Assembly: GCA_030648615.1 (NCBI GenBank)
Contig: JAUSHJ010000042.1
Location: 1-61,590 of the forward strand
Direction: 5' to 3'
DNA length: 61,590 bases
Source: Candidatus Micrarchaeota archaeon
GTDB taxonomy: Archaea; Micrarchaeota; Micrarchaeia; Anstonellales; Bilamarchaeaceae
Below the pieces are notes generated by a model. That model saw nothing but the letters and a program-made list of their open reading frames with translations. It was not told the DNA's origin and did no database searches. Positions 19,423 through 29,559 of this stretch are shown piece by piece. Numbering within the stretch: the stretch's first letter is position 1; each line of letters opens with the position of its first letter. The position numbers and the translations under genes are program-made.

Positions 19423-19914
19423 TCACCTGATTTTTGATAATCTTAGAAGATAAACAAGGACTACTGATACTAGACCACAACCAGTAATTAAATATATCGA
19501 ATTGACTGAAATTAATCCTAGCAGTGGATTGACAGCTGTAAAAGGCCAGAAAGGTTTCATGTCTCCGTGCATAAATGAATCTAGAAAGATATGAGAGTAC
19601 GCTGCGAATATAGATGAAATATAAATAAATTTTTCAGTGATTTTAGTTTGATCTAGTTTGAACCGTGACATTAGAGAGTCTGTTGGTTTTCTTAATTTTA
19701 TAAGAACGAATGCAACTACTACGCCAATGATAGTAGCACCAACATAAGTATGAAAAAAACCATGGAGAGCACCAGTACCTGGAGATATGAACATGTAATA
19801 AAATGGTTCTATATCCATGATAGAACTGGAGATTATTAGAGCTGGAATATAGAAAAAGCTTAAGGATAATAACCCGAATATAAGGATACTCCAGTGAAAT
19901 GGTGTTAACGGCAT
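19423..19914 (-). CDS. membrane-bound metal-dependent hydrolase-like protein (DUF457/YdjM-like)
   Basis: His-rich motifs 'HGFFHTYVG' and 'HIFLDSFMHGD' within TM helices. Confidence 0.45.
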   Translation of the reverse strand: MPLTPFHWSILIFGLLSLSFFYIPALIISSSIMDIEPFYYMFISPGTGALHGFFHTYVGATIIGVVVAFVLIKLRKPTDSLMSRFKLDQTKITEKFIYISSIFAAYSHIFLDSFMHGDMKPFWPFTAVNPLLGLISVNSIYLITGCGLVSVVLVYLLRLSKIR

Positions 19915-19964
19915 AAGAGCATAACCAAGAACATGTTTTTAAACTTGTTAGACAGAATAATAGT

Positions 19965-20405
19965 ATGACCGAACGCGTATTAATTCTATCCGGTAGCTCA
20001 AGTGATAAGCCAATAATTGATAAAATTACTCAGGTACTAGATGCATTTGGCGTAATCTATAAGTATGAGGTAGCCAGTGCTCACAGAAATCCTGAGAAAG
20101 TAGATCAATTAATTGCAACAAGCACTGCTGATGTTTTCATAGGCGTTGCAGGAATGAGTGCTGCATTGCCTGGTGTTATCGCTGCAAGAACAATAAAACC
20201 GGTAATCGGCGTACCAGTAAATGCTTCGCTAGATGGTCTGGATGCTTTACTTTCAACAGTTCAAATGCCGCCTAACGTACCAGTGGCAGCAGTGGGCATT
20301 GATGCTGGAAAGAACGCAGGCATACTCGCAGTACAGATTCTTGCAATAAATGATGAAGTATTGAAGAAGAAATTAGTTGAGTTTAAGGAAAGTTTGAAAA
20401 AATAG
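19965..20405 (+). CDS. purE: N5-CAIR mutase / AIR carboxylase catalytic subunit (PurE)
   Basis: 'ILSGSSSD', 'ASAHRNPEK', '[25 protein letters not shown]'. Confidence 0.85.
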   Translation: MTERVLILSGSSSDKPIIDKITQVLDAFGVIYKYEVASAHRNPEKVDQLIATSTADVFIGVAGMSAALPGVIAARTIKPVIGVPVNASLDGLDALLSTVQMPPNVPVAAVGIDAGKNAGILAVQILAINDEVLKKKLVEFKESLKK

Positions 20406-20567
20406 TTTTCAAGTTATTTGCTTTGAAAAAAGCAAACAGAATCTGAAGAAGTGATAATACGATTACCGACCCGGCAATATAATAACTAAAAACCGAGTCC
20501 TCCAAGTTTGTAATGAGAATGACCGCTTTAGATACGAGTGACGAGAATTACATGAGTTGATTACAGT

Positions 20568-21143
20568 ATGCAAAAACCTGATTTTAATTTTCCTCCTATT
20601 TTTAAGAAATTAAAAAGAGGCGGACCTGCTATCGTATTACCTAAAGACAGCGGAGCTATTATTGCCTATGCTGGCATTAGCAAAGAGAGTTTAGTTATTG
20701 AAGCAGGCGCTGGCACAGGATTCCTTACTGTTGCTCTGGCTTCCGTGGCAAAGGAAGTGATAAGCTACGAAATGAAAAAGGAGTTTGCTGATTTGGCTTC
20801 TGCCAATGTAAGAGCTGTAGGACTAACTAACGTTACTATAAAAAACAAAGATGTCACACTTGGTATTGATGAGAAAGACGTTGATGTGGTAATGCTAGAT
20901 ATGCAACATGCAGATAAGGCAGTTAAAATTGCTTTTGACGTTCTGAAGAAAGATGGTTGTGTTGTTGGCTATTTACCTAATGTTGAACAGGCTAAAGAAT
21001 TCTATCTGGAGTGCCAAAAGCAATTCAAGAAAGTTTTCATGATTGAAACTATTGTCAGAGAATATGAAGTTAGAGATTTCGGTGTTCGTCCTGCACACTG
21101 GGGATTGACACATAGCGCATTTCTTGTTTTTGGAAGGAAATAG
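20568..21143 (+). CDS. trmI: tRNA (adenine-N1)-methyltransferase TrmI
   Basis: 'RGGPAIVLPKDSGAI', 'VIEAGAGTGFLT', 'VISYE', 'VRPAHWGLTHSAFLVFGR'. Confidence 0.65.
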   Translation: MQKPDFNFPPIFKKLKRGGPAIVLPKDSGAIIAYAGISKESLVIEAGAGTGFLTVALASVAKEVISYEMKKEFADLASANVRAVGLTNVTIKNKDVTLGIDEKDVDVVMLDMQHADKAVKIAFDVLKKDGCVVGYLPNVEQAKEFYLECQKQFKKVFMIETIVREYEVRDFGVRPAHWGLTHSAFLVFGRK

Positions 21144-21293
21144 CGTTTATTTTTAAAAAGTTCCATTGAATAATTTCTAGTAATTAACTAGTTGTAATCT
21201 GCTGACACGTAACAAAGTGAAGTGTCTGAAAGGACGTCTCTTAGTTTTTCTAAGACTAGTCCGGCACATTGCATAAGCGTAGTATCAGTCAAT

Positions 21294-21473
21294 GCAGGGG
21301 TGGCGGAGCGGTCAAACGCGGCAGACTCAAGATCTCATAAGTTCCTTACTCGAATGTGAGAAAGGAAATCTGTTGGCCTAGCGCCTACACAGGTTCAAAG
21401 ACCACCTTTCTTTTTCCAAAAGAAAGCTAGTCGCACCAAAGAAAAAGGTGGTATGAAAATCCTGTCCCCTGCA
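21294..21473 (+). tRNA. tRNA-Leu(CAA), type II, with two putative introns (canonical 37/38 and one in the T-loop)
   Basis: Acceptor gcagggg/cccctgc (7 WC). Anticodon stem gcaga only pairs with tctgt about 36 nt downstream; loop ctCAAg gives anticodon CAA. T-stem acagg pairs with cctgt only after removing ~60 nt that follow 'ttcaaa'. Long variable arm. Confidence 0.55.
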
Positions 21474-21547
21474 ATTTATACTGATCAGAGGACGCTAACT
21501 TTTACTGAGGGACCAGTAAACCCACTTCCATTTATTTTGCAAAATCC

Positions 21548-22267
21548 TCATTTTACTAACAGCCTAACTGAGGCTTCAAGAAATGCAGCGTTCACTTTGT
21601 CATAATCTAGTCCCTGACCAAATCTATGTACTGGCCAGTAAGTACCTTCTCTATCTTCTATCAACGCTTTTGCTAATGTAAGATTAGTTATTTCATCAGT
21701 TACTACTGCACCTAAAACACGGCAACCAAATGATCTGAAAAGTTCCTTGGGAATATATTTTGAATGCATTCTTGAATGATTGGGTTCATGCATTTGCTCA
21801 GCATAATCTGGATCATCTTTGAGTAATTCAAGATGACTTCTTTCTAATTCCAACAATACCATCCCAAGACCATCTGACGATTGGCCAGCTCCAGCTGCTT
21901 TTTCTAAGCTTCCGGGTGTATAATGAAATATGGTTTTTAAGGTTGTATTAACGTGTCTACGGATATCATTTACTTTTATCCTTTCATCCCATCTACTTTC
22001 GAAATCAAACAATCTTCCTGAAAGTAGGTATAGAAAGAACCCGGTATTTGTTGATTCTGAATGCATATACGGTGGGGGTACGTAATCTATACCTTCCGTA
22101 AATGCATTAGCAACTAAAAGTCGCCTTACCTCTGCTGCAGTTGTCGCATGGACTCCACATAACGGTCTAACTTTGCTAATCAAAGGCGTTGGAAGAATGG
22201 CTCTAATATCTCTTGGTGATCTAGCAAGATCTGTCTGTGTTAGCACTTTTATTTTGGGGGATACCAC
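21548..22267 (-). CDS. conserved hypothetical protein
   Basis: 239-aa ORF. No family recognised with confidence. Confidence 0.4.
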   Translation of the reverse strand: MVSPKIKVLTQTDLARSPRDIRAILPTPLISKVRPLCGVHATTAAEVRRLLVANAFTEGIDYVPPPYMHSESTNTGFFLYLLSGRLFDFESRWDERIKVNDIRRHVNTTLKTIFHYTPGSLEKAAGAGQSSDGLGMVLLELERSHLELLKDDPDYAEQMHEPNHSRMHSKYIPKELFRSFGCRVLGAVVTDEITNLTLAKALIEDREGTYWPVHRFGQGLDYDKVNAAFLEASVRLLVK

Positions 22268-22499
22268 ATAATACTATCTCAGAAGTACTATATAAATGTT
22301 ACTATTGATGATGTTTTATGCAGATTTACGGTTATTGCCCCGCCAATAGCCTAACCTCGTTCAGGCCAGCATTTATATAGAACGAGTGTTGGATTTACCT
22401 CGACAAAGAGGGCAAAAAACAAGGTTGCGTCCTCAGAGCTGGTCAGGGGGTTTGCCCCCTGCAAATTTTGTTTACAAAATTGCGGTGCTTTGTTTGTAA

Positions 22500-22553
22500 G
22501 GACAAATTGATAAGAAATTTGTCCTGTTGTAAATTCGATAGAATTTACTATAG
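22500..22553 (-). repeat. MITE-like repeat, short copy (TIRs joined, central part deleted)
   Basis: The reverse complement reads ctatagtaaattctatcgaatttacaacaggacaaatttcttatcaatttgtcc, i.e. the family-A termini without the core. Confidence 0.5.
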
Positions 22554-22670
22554 AAAAACAAATGCCACCTGCAATTTCTTTTTATCAATATAATCTAACA
22601 ATACCCCAGACTCACGACCGAAAACGTTCTAGTGACAACTATTTATTAATTTTCCCATCGTATAACCCTC

Positions 22671-22973
22671 ATGTACATGAAGATCCATAGTGATGCCCAT
22701 GGAGTTATTGTTGCAGCCTGCGACAAAGATTTGATAGGTAAAAAACTTGAGCAGGGAGCGGTTTTCCTTGACCTTGAAAAATATAAAAGTTTTTACGTTG
22801 GAGAACTTGTTGATGAGAAAACACTGGAAACACTATTAAAAGCTAATAAATTCAATTCAGCAAATTTAGTAGGAAAGAAAGTAATAGCCATTGCAATTAA
22901 GGTTGGTCTTTTGAGTAAATCAGATATTCTAACTGTGAACAAAATACCGTACGCCCAGGCATATAAACTCTGA
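22671..22973 (+). CDS. DUF424-family protein
   Basis: 'MYMKIHSDAHGVIVAACDKDLIGKK', about 100 aa. Confidence 0.55.
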   Translation: MYMKIHSDAHGVIVAACDKDLIGKKLEQGAVFLDLEKYKSFYVGELVDEKTLETLLKANKFNSANLVGKKVIAIAIKVGLLSKSDILTVNKIPYAQAYKL

Positions 22974-23015
22974 TATTGGTAAACCACACATAACCAATAA
23001 CATTGAGGTGGAAAC

Positions 23016-23432
23016 ATGAAATCTATAACAGTAATTGCAGATGACAGAGTAGGTCTTTTAGCAGATATATCATACCTTCTTGGAAAAGCAAAAATAAACA
23101 TTGAATCGATTGGACTGGAAGTCGTTGCCGGCAAAGCAGTAATGTCTCTTACTTTGAAAGATCCTGAAAAAGCTAAGACTGTCCTAGAACATGCTGGATA
23201 TGAGGTCACTGAAACGAACATGATAGTAGTAAAACTAAATGACCAACCAGGAGAACTTGGAAAAATTACAAGTATGATGGCTCAGGAAAAAATAAATATT
23301 GAGAATATACATATGCTATCAAAAGATGGTAAAGCTACGATTATAGCTATTAAAGTGGATAAACCAAAAAGAGCATTAAAACTTCTAGAACCATACCTTG
23401 TAAATAGAGAAGAATTAACTGGTGTAAATTAA
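23016..23432 (+). CDS. tandem ACT-domain protein
   Basis: Two ~65-aa repeats with 'DRVGLLADIS' / 'DQPGELGKITS' ACT signatures. Confidence 0.65.
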   Translation: MKSITVIADDRVGLLADISYLLGKAKINIESIGLEVVAGKAVMSLTLKDPEKAKTVLEHAGYEVTETNMIVVKLNDQPGELGKITSMMAQEKINIENIHMLSKDGKATIIAIKVDKPKRALKLLEPYLVNREELTGVN

Positions 23433-24484
23433 TCCAACTCCAGTTCAATCTCTTTTTCTTTTTTATTTATTTTAGCATTAGGCAATTTATTCTCAAGATC
23501 ATTTATATTTGTTTTTTCAGCCATTGCTAGCAATGATTCTACTTTCTCGTAATTTGAATAAATAAAATCGCCTTTTGCCTTAAGTTCTTTTTCTTCCTCG
23601 TTCAGAGTAACCAAACGAGCTTCCTGCTCTTCTAACCTTTTTTGCAATTTATCCAGTTCAACATTACGCTCCTCTTTTGCATTTAGATAAAATAAATCTG
23701 CAACTTCGCTAAGTGTTTCAAATGACTTAGTTTCAAAATCAGAATATTTGGAGAATTTTATTAAACCATAGTCAACTATTTGGCTATCTTTGTAGAAACC
23801 TACTGGAGCAAGATGTTTTCTTATAATATCTAATTGAGAAGTTATAGACCCTAGTTCTGATTTTGTCACCGTATTACCAGGCTTCTTCTCTTCTATTTTA
23901 CAAATAGACAATATTTCCTTCGCGTATTCTTTTCCAAGTGGCATCTGAAGAAGTGCACTTATTATATATTTCTCAGATAATGCATCTTCTAGTTTTTCCT
24001 TAACGTTTGATTTTGGATAATTGTATTCAACACCACGTTTTATTTTTCTGTCTTTCCATTCCTCATCCTTAACTGCAAATAAGGTTTTTCCATCTCGCAC
24101 CAGTACAAGATTACCTTTGGCAAATCCTTCATAAACTAAAGTTCCTCCGTCAAACTCAAATGCAATTATCCTATCATTGTTTATCTGTTTTACTGATATT
24201 AGTTTACTGCCTTCTAATTCTTTTCTTAACCCTTGAACGAAACCGTCTCCTTCTTCACCTTCTTCCATGAATTTTGAGGCATTAATTCGCATGCCTAGAT
24301 CTATGGATAGAGAAATATCTCCAAGTTTTATTCTGTACCTGCCTTCGGCTATGAAGTATATCTTATTGAACCTTCTGCCTAGCAGATTATCAAGTTCTTT
24401 TAGTATGAACTGATATTCTATGTTTTCCATCGGTCTGCCCTGTGGGGCAGATCTGTCGACCCTTCGGTTCTCCATCGCACGCAT
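23429..24484 (-). CDS. NFACT-N domain protein (N-terminal half of a NEMF/RqcH/FbpA-type ribosome quality-control factor)
   Basis: 'FILKELDNLLGRRFNKIYFIAEGRYRIKL' with a coiled-coil C-terminus. The partner NFACT-R gene is at 36817-37599. Confidence 0.65.
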   Translation of the reverse strand: MRAMENRRVDRSAPQGRPMENIEYQFILKELDNLLGRRFNKIYFIAEGRYRIKLGDISLSIDLGMRINASKFMEEGEEGDGFVQGLRKELEGSKLISVKQINNDRIIAFEFDGGTLVYEGFAKGNLVLVRDGKTLFAVKDEEWKDRKIKRGVEYNYPKSNVKEKLEDALSEKYIISALLQMPLGKEYAKEILSICKIEEKKPGNTVTKSELGSITSQLDIIRKHLAPVGFYKDSQIVDYGLIKFSKYSDFETKSFETLSEVADLFYLNAKEERNVELDKLQKRLEEQEARLVTLNEEEKELKAKGDFIYSNYEKVESLLAMAEKTNINDLENKLPNAKINKKEKEIELELD

Positions 24485-24527
24485 ATAAAAATTGTTAGAT
24501 GATAGAATATTTATATAGATTGAATTT

Positions 24528-25535
24528 ATGAAAAAACCAATGTCTCGAAATATAATTTCTCGATCAGTTTGTCACGAGGGCAAAAAAATCGTGACAAATC
24601 TCTCGAGATCAAAACGTGATCTCTCAATGGATGCCGAAACAGCGTTATTAGCAATAATGGATAAAGAATCCCTGGAAAAACTAGTAGAGGAAAAAATAGA
24701 TGAATTTCATGGTTTCCTGAGCAAGGAAGTTGCCACTAAGTTAATAGCTAAAGAGAAAGGACTCTTGAAAAATGAAGAAAAGATAGTAACTATAAAAGAA
24801 ATTGCAGCAGGAGATAAAAACATCTCACTTGTGGCAAAGATAACAAAAGTATTCCCAATAATAGAATATGAAAGTGGCAAAAGGTCAAGAAAAATAATGA
24901 TTAATGATGGAGCTACAATTGCTATAAAACTATGGAACGAAGATGTAGAAATTGTAAAAAGGCTCAAGGTAGGAGATGAAGTGAACATACGCAGAGCCTA
25001 TGAGAAAAACGATGAACTAGCACTCAGTTATTCAGGAGAGTTTAAACTTTCTAAAAGTGCACCATTTTCTAAAATCAGTGAATTAGAGGATAATGCAATT
25101 GTAAACCTAAGAGGCACAGTCATAAGCAATCCTACGATTGGTATGCGTGAACTAGAATTCCAAATTTCTGATGGTGAAAATTCAGTTAAATGCATAACTC
25201 CAATAGACCTAGAAGTAGGAAAACACTTGACTAAAGATGATGAAGTGATAGTTGAGAATGCAGTATTCTCTAAAGGCGCCATAAGACTTCTCGGAGAAAG
25301 TAGATTACTAGTAAGAAAAACTAAAGGTATTATTGCTGGCAATGTAACTACTATGAATATTGTCAACGAAGTAATAGAACTGATTATAGGTGAACAAAAA
25401 GTCAAACTTAACAGAAACGAGTTTCTTTCGCTGATAAAAGTAAAAGTTGCCGAAGATATATCACTAGAGGCAATTGCAAGTCTTAAAAAGGATTCTCTGT
25501 TAAATACTTACGTCCGGATATCCGGACTTAACTAA
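24528..25535 (+). CDS. RPA-like ssDNA-binding protein with multiple OB folds
   Basis: Repeated OB-fold-like segments ('ISLVAKITKVF...GDEVNIRRAY', 'IVNLRGTVIS...'). The true start is likely M at 24627, downstream of the IR element. Confidence 0.45.
   Translation: MKKPMSRNIISRSVCHEGKKIVTNLSRSKRDLSMDAETALLAIMDKESLEKLVEEKIDEFHGFLSKEVATKLIAKEKGLLKNEEKIVTIKEIAAGDKNISLVAKITKVFPIIEYESGKRSRKIMINDGATIAIKLWNEDVEIVKRLKVGDEVNIRRAYEKNDELALSYSGEFKLSKSAPFSKISELEDNAIVNLRGTVISNPTIGMRELEFQISDGENSVKCITPIDLEVGKHLTKDDEVIVENAVFSKGAIRLLGESRLLVRKTKGIIAGNVTTMNIVNEVIELIIGEQKVKLNRNEFLSLIKVKVAEDISLEAIASLKKDSLLNTYVRISGLN
24568..24598. repeat. 29-bp inverted-repeat element, copy 1 (tttgtcacga-gggcaaaaaaa-tcgtgacaaa)
   Basis: Exact reverse complement of the copy at 29958-29987. 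Confidence 0.55.
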
Positions 25536-25551
25536 TCCAACTATGCTCTAG

Positions 25552-27720
25552 TTGGTCTTCCGAGGTAAAACGATGGCAAAAAACATCACTCTTAAAGTTG
25601 CTGAAGCATTCCAAAACGATATAGGTCGTGGAATCATAAGAGTAGACTCCAAAGCAAAAAATGAATTGGGAGTCTCCACTGGAGATATAATAAAACTTAC
25701 CGGCAAAAAAGCTGCTTTAGCTATAGTTTGGCAAGCTCATCCTGATGATGAAGGACTAGATATGGTTCGGACGGATGGAATCCTTAGACAAAATGCCGGC
25801 ATAGGTTTAGGCGATAAAGTACAATTAGAGCAGGTAGAAGTAAAAGAAGCAAAAAAACTAGTTTTAGCTCCAAAAGAACCAATGAGATACTCTGTAGGTT
25901 TTGACCAATATGTAAAAAAGAGACTTATCGGAAAACCAGTATTAAAAGGTAATTTATTACCTGTAGGTATATTCGGCACTTCTATTCCACTGGTAGTTGC
26001 ACAGGTAATTCCCCAGGGAGCAGTTATCATAACTGAAGAGACAGATGTAAAGATAAAAAATGAACCGATGAAGGATCTAACAAATATCCCCACAGTAACT
26101 TACGATGATGTGGGCGGCCTCAAGGATACACTACAAAAAGTAAGAGAAATGATTGAACTACCACTAAGACATCCTGAAATTTTTGAGAGATTGGGTATAG
26201 ACCCACCAAAAGGAGTTCTACTTTACGGCTCACCAGGTACTGGAAAAACATTATTGGCAAAAGCAGTTGCCAATGAAAGTGATGCTAATTTCTCATATAT
26301 AGGTGGACCAGAAGTTATCAGCAAATACGTTGGTGAAAGCGAAGAGCGACTTAGAAAACTATTCAAGGAAGCTGAAGAAAACGCACCTAGCATAATATTT
26401 CTAGATGAGATAGATGCCATTGCACCGAAACGCGAGGAAGTGTTCGGAGAAGTAGAAAAAAGGATCGTTTCCCAACTTTTGACATTAATGGATGGACTTA
26501 AAGCTCGTGGCGAAGTTATAGTTATAGGAGCTACTAATAGACCGGATTCTCTTGACCCCGCATTGCGAAGACCAGGAAGGTTTGACAGAGAAATTGAAAT
26601 CGGAATTCCTGATAGAACAGGTAGAAACGAAATATTGAATATTCACGTAAGAAACATGCCTTTGGAGCCAGACGTTAACATAAGCGAACTAGCTGCAATA
26701 ACTTATGGTTATACTGGTGCAGATCTTTCACTATTGACAAAAGAAGCTGCGCTTAAGGCACTACGAAGAATTTTACCTGAGATAAATATCGAAGACGAAT
26801 CCATACCTGCGAGTGTACTTGACAAACTAAAAGTCAGCAGAGATGATTTTTTCAATGGATTACGCGAAGTACAGCCAAGTGCACTTAGAGAAGTATTCGT
26901 TGAAAAACCAAATGTCAAGTGGGAAGACATTGGTGGCATGGAAAACGTAAAAAGCGAAATACAGGAAGCTGTAGAATTGCCACTCAATACACCTGAAGTA
27001 TTTGAAAAGATGGGCATACGACCCCTTAAGGGAATATTGCTCTACGGACCTCCTGGTACCGGAAAGACACTATTGGCAAAAGCAGTTGCAAACGAAAGCA
27101 ATGCAAATTTCATAGGCATAAGCGGTACACAAATACTTAGTAAATACGTTGGTGAAAGTGAAAAAGCAGTACGTGAATTATTCAAAAAAGCCAGGATGGC
27201 AGCACCTTGCATATTATTTATAGATGAAATAGATTCCATAGCACCAATACGTTCAGGTACTAACGAAGGTCACCATACCTTAGAAAGAGTAGTAGACACT
27301 TTGTTAACTGAAATAGATGGATTGAGAAGTCTGAAAAGTGTCGTAGTAATTGGAGCTACAAACAGGCCGGACATGCTAGATCCCGCACTTATGAGAGGCG
27401 GCAGATTCGACAGAGCAATTGAAATAGGAATACCTAACGATGCTGGCAGACTTAAAATACTTGAAATACATACTAAAAAAATGCCACTTGATAAATCAGT
27501 TGATCTGAAAGAATTATCACAGATAACTGAGGGCTACACTGGAGCTGATTTGGAAAATCTTTGTAGAGAATCCGGTATGGCAGCAATAAGAGAAGGTGGA
27601 AAGAAAGTAACTAAAGATAATTTTGCGTTTGCACTAAAAGCAATAATTCCAAATGTGAGGAAATCTGATATTGAAAGTGTACAAAAATTCAAAAATGCCA
27701 CAACGGCAATGTATCGATAA
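25552..27720 (+). CDS. cdc48: Cdc48/VCP-like AAA+ ATPase
   Basis: Two AAA modules (Walker A 'GSPGTGKT' and 'GPPGTGKT'; 'IIFLDEIDA' and 'ILFIDEIDS'). N-domain present. Confidence 0.9.
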   Translation: MVFRGKTMAKNITLKVAEAFQNDIGRGIIRVDSKAKNELGVSTGDIIKLTGKKAALAIVWQAHPDDEGLDMVRTDGILRQNAGIGLGDKVQLEQVEVKEAKKLVLAPKEPMRYSVGFDQYVKKRLIGKPVLKGNLLPVGIFGTSIPLVVAQVIPQGAVIITEETDVKIKNEPMKDLTNIPTVTYDDVGGLKDTLQKVREMIELPLRHPEIFERLGIDPPKGVLLYGSPGTGKTLLAKAVANESDANFSYIGGPEVISKYVGESEERLRKLFKEAEENAPSIIFLDEIDAIAPKREEVFGEVEKRIVSQLLTLMDGLKARGEVIVIGATNRPDSLDPALRRPGRFDREIEIGIPDRTGRNEILNIHVRNMPLEPDVNISELAAITYGYTGADLSLLTKEAALKALRRILPEINIEDESIPASVLDKLKVSRDDFFNGLREVQPSALREVFVEKPNVKWEDIGGMENVKSEIQEAVELPLNTPEVFEKMGIRPLKGILLYGPPGTGKTLLAKAVANESNANFIGISGTQILSKYVGESEKAVRELFKKARMAAPCILFIDEIDSIAPIRSGTNEGHHTLERVVDTLLTEIDGLRSLKSVVVIGATNRPDMLDPALMRGGRFDRAIEIGIPNDAGRLKILEIHTKKMPLDKSVDLKELSQITEGYTGADLENLCRESGMAAIREGGKKVTKDNFAFALKAIIPNVRKSDIESVQKFKNATTAMYR

Positions 27721-27736
27721 ATGCTGGTAAATGCTA

Positions 27737-27794
27737 GACAAGCTTGTCGCTCAGAGCGACAAGATGTCCATTGTTCGATATGTCGAACAATTGG
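27737..27794. repeat. hairpin element (family B), intergenic copy
   Basis: cttgtcgc-tcaga-gcgacaag, then ccattgttcga-tatg-tcgaacaattgg (asymmetric stem). About 85% identical over 40 nt to the copy inside argS. Confidence 0.55.
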
Positions 27795-27814
27795 AAGGTA
27801 GAGGCTAGAACGTT

Positions 27815-28201
27815 ATGACGACAAAAATAGCAATATTTGGAAAACTATTACTAGTTTCACTTGCCATTGCGTTAGTAACATTTGCACTTTTGCCTGAAGC
27901 GGGATTTTTATTTCTTACAAAAATAATTGCATTTGGAATTGCAATTTCCATTGCTAGTTCTTTGATTTACCCTGAATTAAGAGGCGTGAAAAAGGGAGAT
28001 CCTGTTTCCGTAGTCACAAGTTCTTCGATACCTGCATTGATTGGCAGAGTAGGAAGAGCACTGTCAAACGGGAAAAAAAGCAGCGAAATAAGAGTGCGTT
28101 TTGATAATGGTGAAGAAGCTATGGGAATCATAGAAGGTTATGCAGGTTTTATCTCTCCACCTAAAGTTAGAATTTTATATGAAGAAAGAATAAACGAGTA
28201 G
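27815..28201 (+). CDS. membrane protein, hypothetical
   Basis: Two N-terminal TM helices. Immediately upstream of the M50 protease gene. Confidence 0.4.
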   Translation: MTTKIAIFGKLLLVSLAIALVTFALLPEAGFLFLTKIIAFGIAISIASSLIYPELRGVKKGDPVSVVTSSSIPALIGRVGRALSNGKKSSEIRVRFDNGEEAMGIIEGYAGFISPPKVRILYEERINE

Positions 28202-28206
28202 ATTTC

Positions 28207-28986
28207 ATGGATTTAAGTGCGCACATTGAGAAAGATGAATTGTCCCGTGGGACAAATATCTCGACAATAAGTCTCGATGAGGCTAAGCATATAATAATAT
28301 CAGTGCTTGCCATTTCCATAGCATTTTCCATAGCGTACTTGAATACAGAAAACCAAAATGGCATAAGTGTTTTCCTTAAATATCCTGCTAGCTTTTTGTT
28401 ATTTTGTTTCTTTTCACTTGTAGGAGTAGGAAGCGGTTTTATACTTCACGAACTTGGACATAAAATTGTTGCAATCCACTATGGAGCATATGCAAAATTC
28501 AACATGTGGACTAAGGGACTCATTTTCATGTTCATCACATCTATTTTTGGAATGTTATTTGCAGCACCTGGTGCAGTTTATATTTATTCGAGCACCATAA
28601 CGAAGAAACAGAATGGTATAATTTCTGCTGTTGGTCCAATAATAAATTTAGTAATAGCATTGGTATTTGTATTTCTTATGAGAGTAAAACCGCTCTACAT
28701 TCCATTTCCATTTGAAATCCCAGTACTCGTAAGCACGAATAATATGCTTGATGTTTGGCTGCTTGGAGCACAAATGAATGTTGTTCTATCACTATTCAAT
28801 ATGATACCTGCATTTCCTCTTGATGGTAGCAAGGTATTTATGTGGAACAAATTTGCCTGGGTTGGAATTGTTTTAGTATGTATGATTATAGCAGTAAAAA
28901 TATTCTCTTCCATAGATATAGTGATAACATGGCTCGTATTAATGGCGATTGCACTTGTCTTCTCTAAACTTGTTTTCAGGTCTTGA
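28207..28986 (+). CDS. site-2-protease-like zinc metalloprotease (peptidase M50)
   Basis: 'HELGH' in a TM helix plus the downstream 'NMIPAFPLDGSKV' (LDG) motif. Confidence 0.7.
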   Translation: MDLSAHIEKDELSRGTNISTISLDEAKHIIISVLAISIAFSIAYLNTENQNGISVFLKYPASFLLFCFFSLVGVGSGFILHELGHKIVAIHYGAYAKFNMWTKGLIFMFITSIFGMLFAAPGAVYIYSSTITKKQNGIISAVGPIINLVIALVFVFLMRVKPLYIPFPFEIPVLVSTNNMLDVWLLGAQMNVVLSLFNMIPAFPLDGSKVFMWNKFAWVGIVLVCMIIAVKIFSSIDIVITWLVLMAIALVFSKLVFRS

Positions 28987-29552
28987 TTATGGCAAATAAA
29001 CTAAAGGGCGCTGAAGCAGTTTTGACAAAAACAAAAATTATCGGAATTTCTGCACTTATTAAAGATAGAATACCGAAGAGCTATCGAGCAAACGAATTGG
29101 ATAATAAATTAAGAAGAGAACGAACACGTGTAGAAGCAAGACTTTTACATAAAGCCAAGTTAGCTGGTGTACTCTGTCCGACAGTGCTTGAAGTAAGAGA
29201 ATTTCAACTGGTCATTGAATTTTTGAATGGTAAACGACCGAAGATGAATGAGCGTATTGCGCTGGAAGCAGGCAAACTACTTGCAAAACTTCACTCCGCG
29301 GGAATAATTCATGGAGATTTTACTCCAGCTAATCTAATGGAAACTAAGAATGAATTGTGCGTAATTGATTTTGGTCTTGGTTTTTTCTCATCAGACATTG
29401 AAGATATGGCAATTGATGTCTTGACTATGCTGAAGAGTGTAAATACCCAGGTTCATACTGATTTTCTTAAAGGTTACTCCATCGCTAAAGATTATTCAAA
29501 AGTAATGCAGAGGCTGGAAGTTGTAAAAAAAAGAGTTAGATATGCGTTCTGA
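28983..29552 (+). CDS. bud32: Bud32/PRPK-type small kinase (KEOPS component)
   Basis: 'GAEAVL', 'HGDFTPANLM', 'IDFGLGFFS'. 189 aa. Confidence 0.7.
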   Translation: MIMANKLKGAEAVLTKTKIIGISALIKDRIPKSYRANELDNKLRRERTRVEARLLHKAKLAGVLCPTVLEVREFQLVIEFLNGKRPKMNERIALEAGKLLAKLHSAGIIHGDFTPANLMETKNELCVIDFGLGFFSSDIEDMAIDVLTMLKSVNTQVHTDFLKGYSIAKDYSKVMQRLEVVKKRVRYAF

Positions 29553-29559
29553 GAGGAAA

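Noticed and set aside
22300-22330. TGATGA near 22306 considered as a C-box of a C/D sRNA. The region 20420-20560 was considered as well.
   Set aside because: No appropriately spaced D', C' and D (CTGA) boxes were found.
25737-27239. Several 60-120 aa antisense ORFs within cdc48. The same applies to ORFs antisense within purL, argS, topA and the surface protein genes.
   Set aside because: They are antisense to strongly supported long genes and have no motifs. They are typical six-frame noise.
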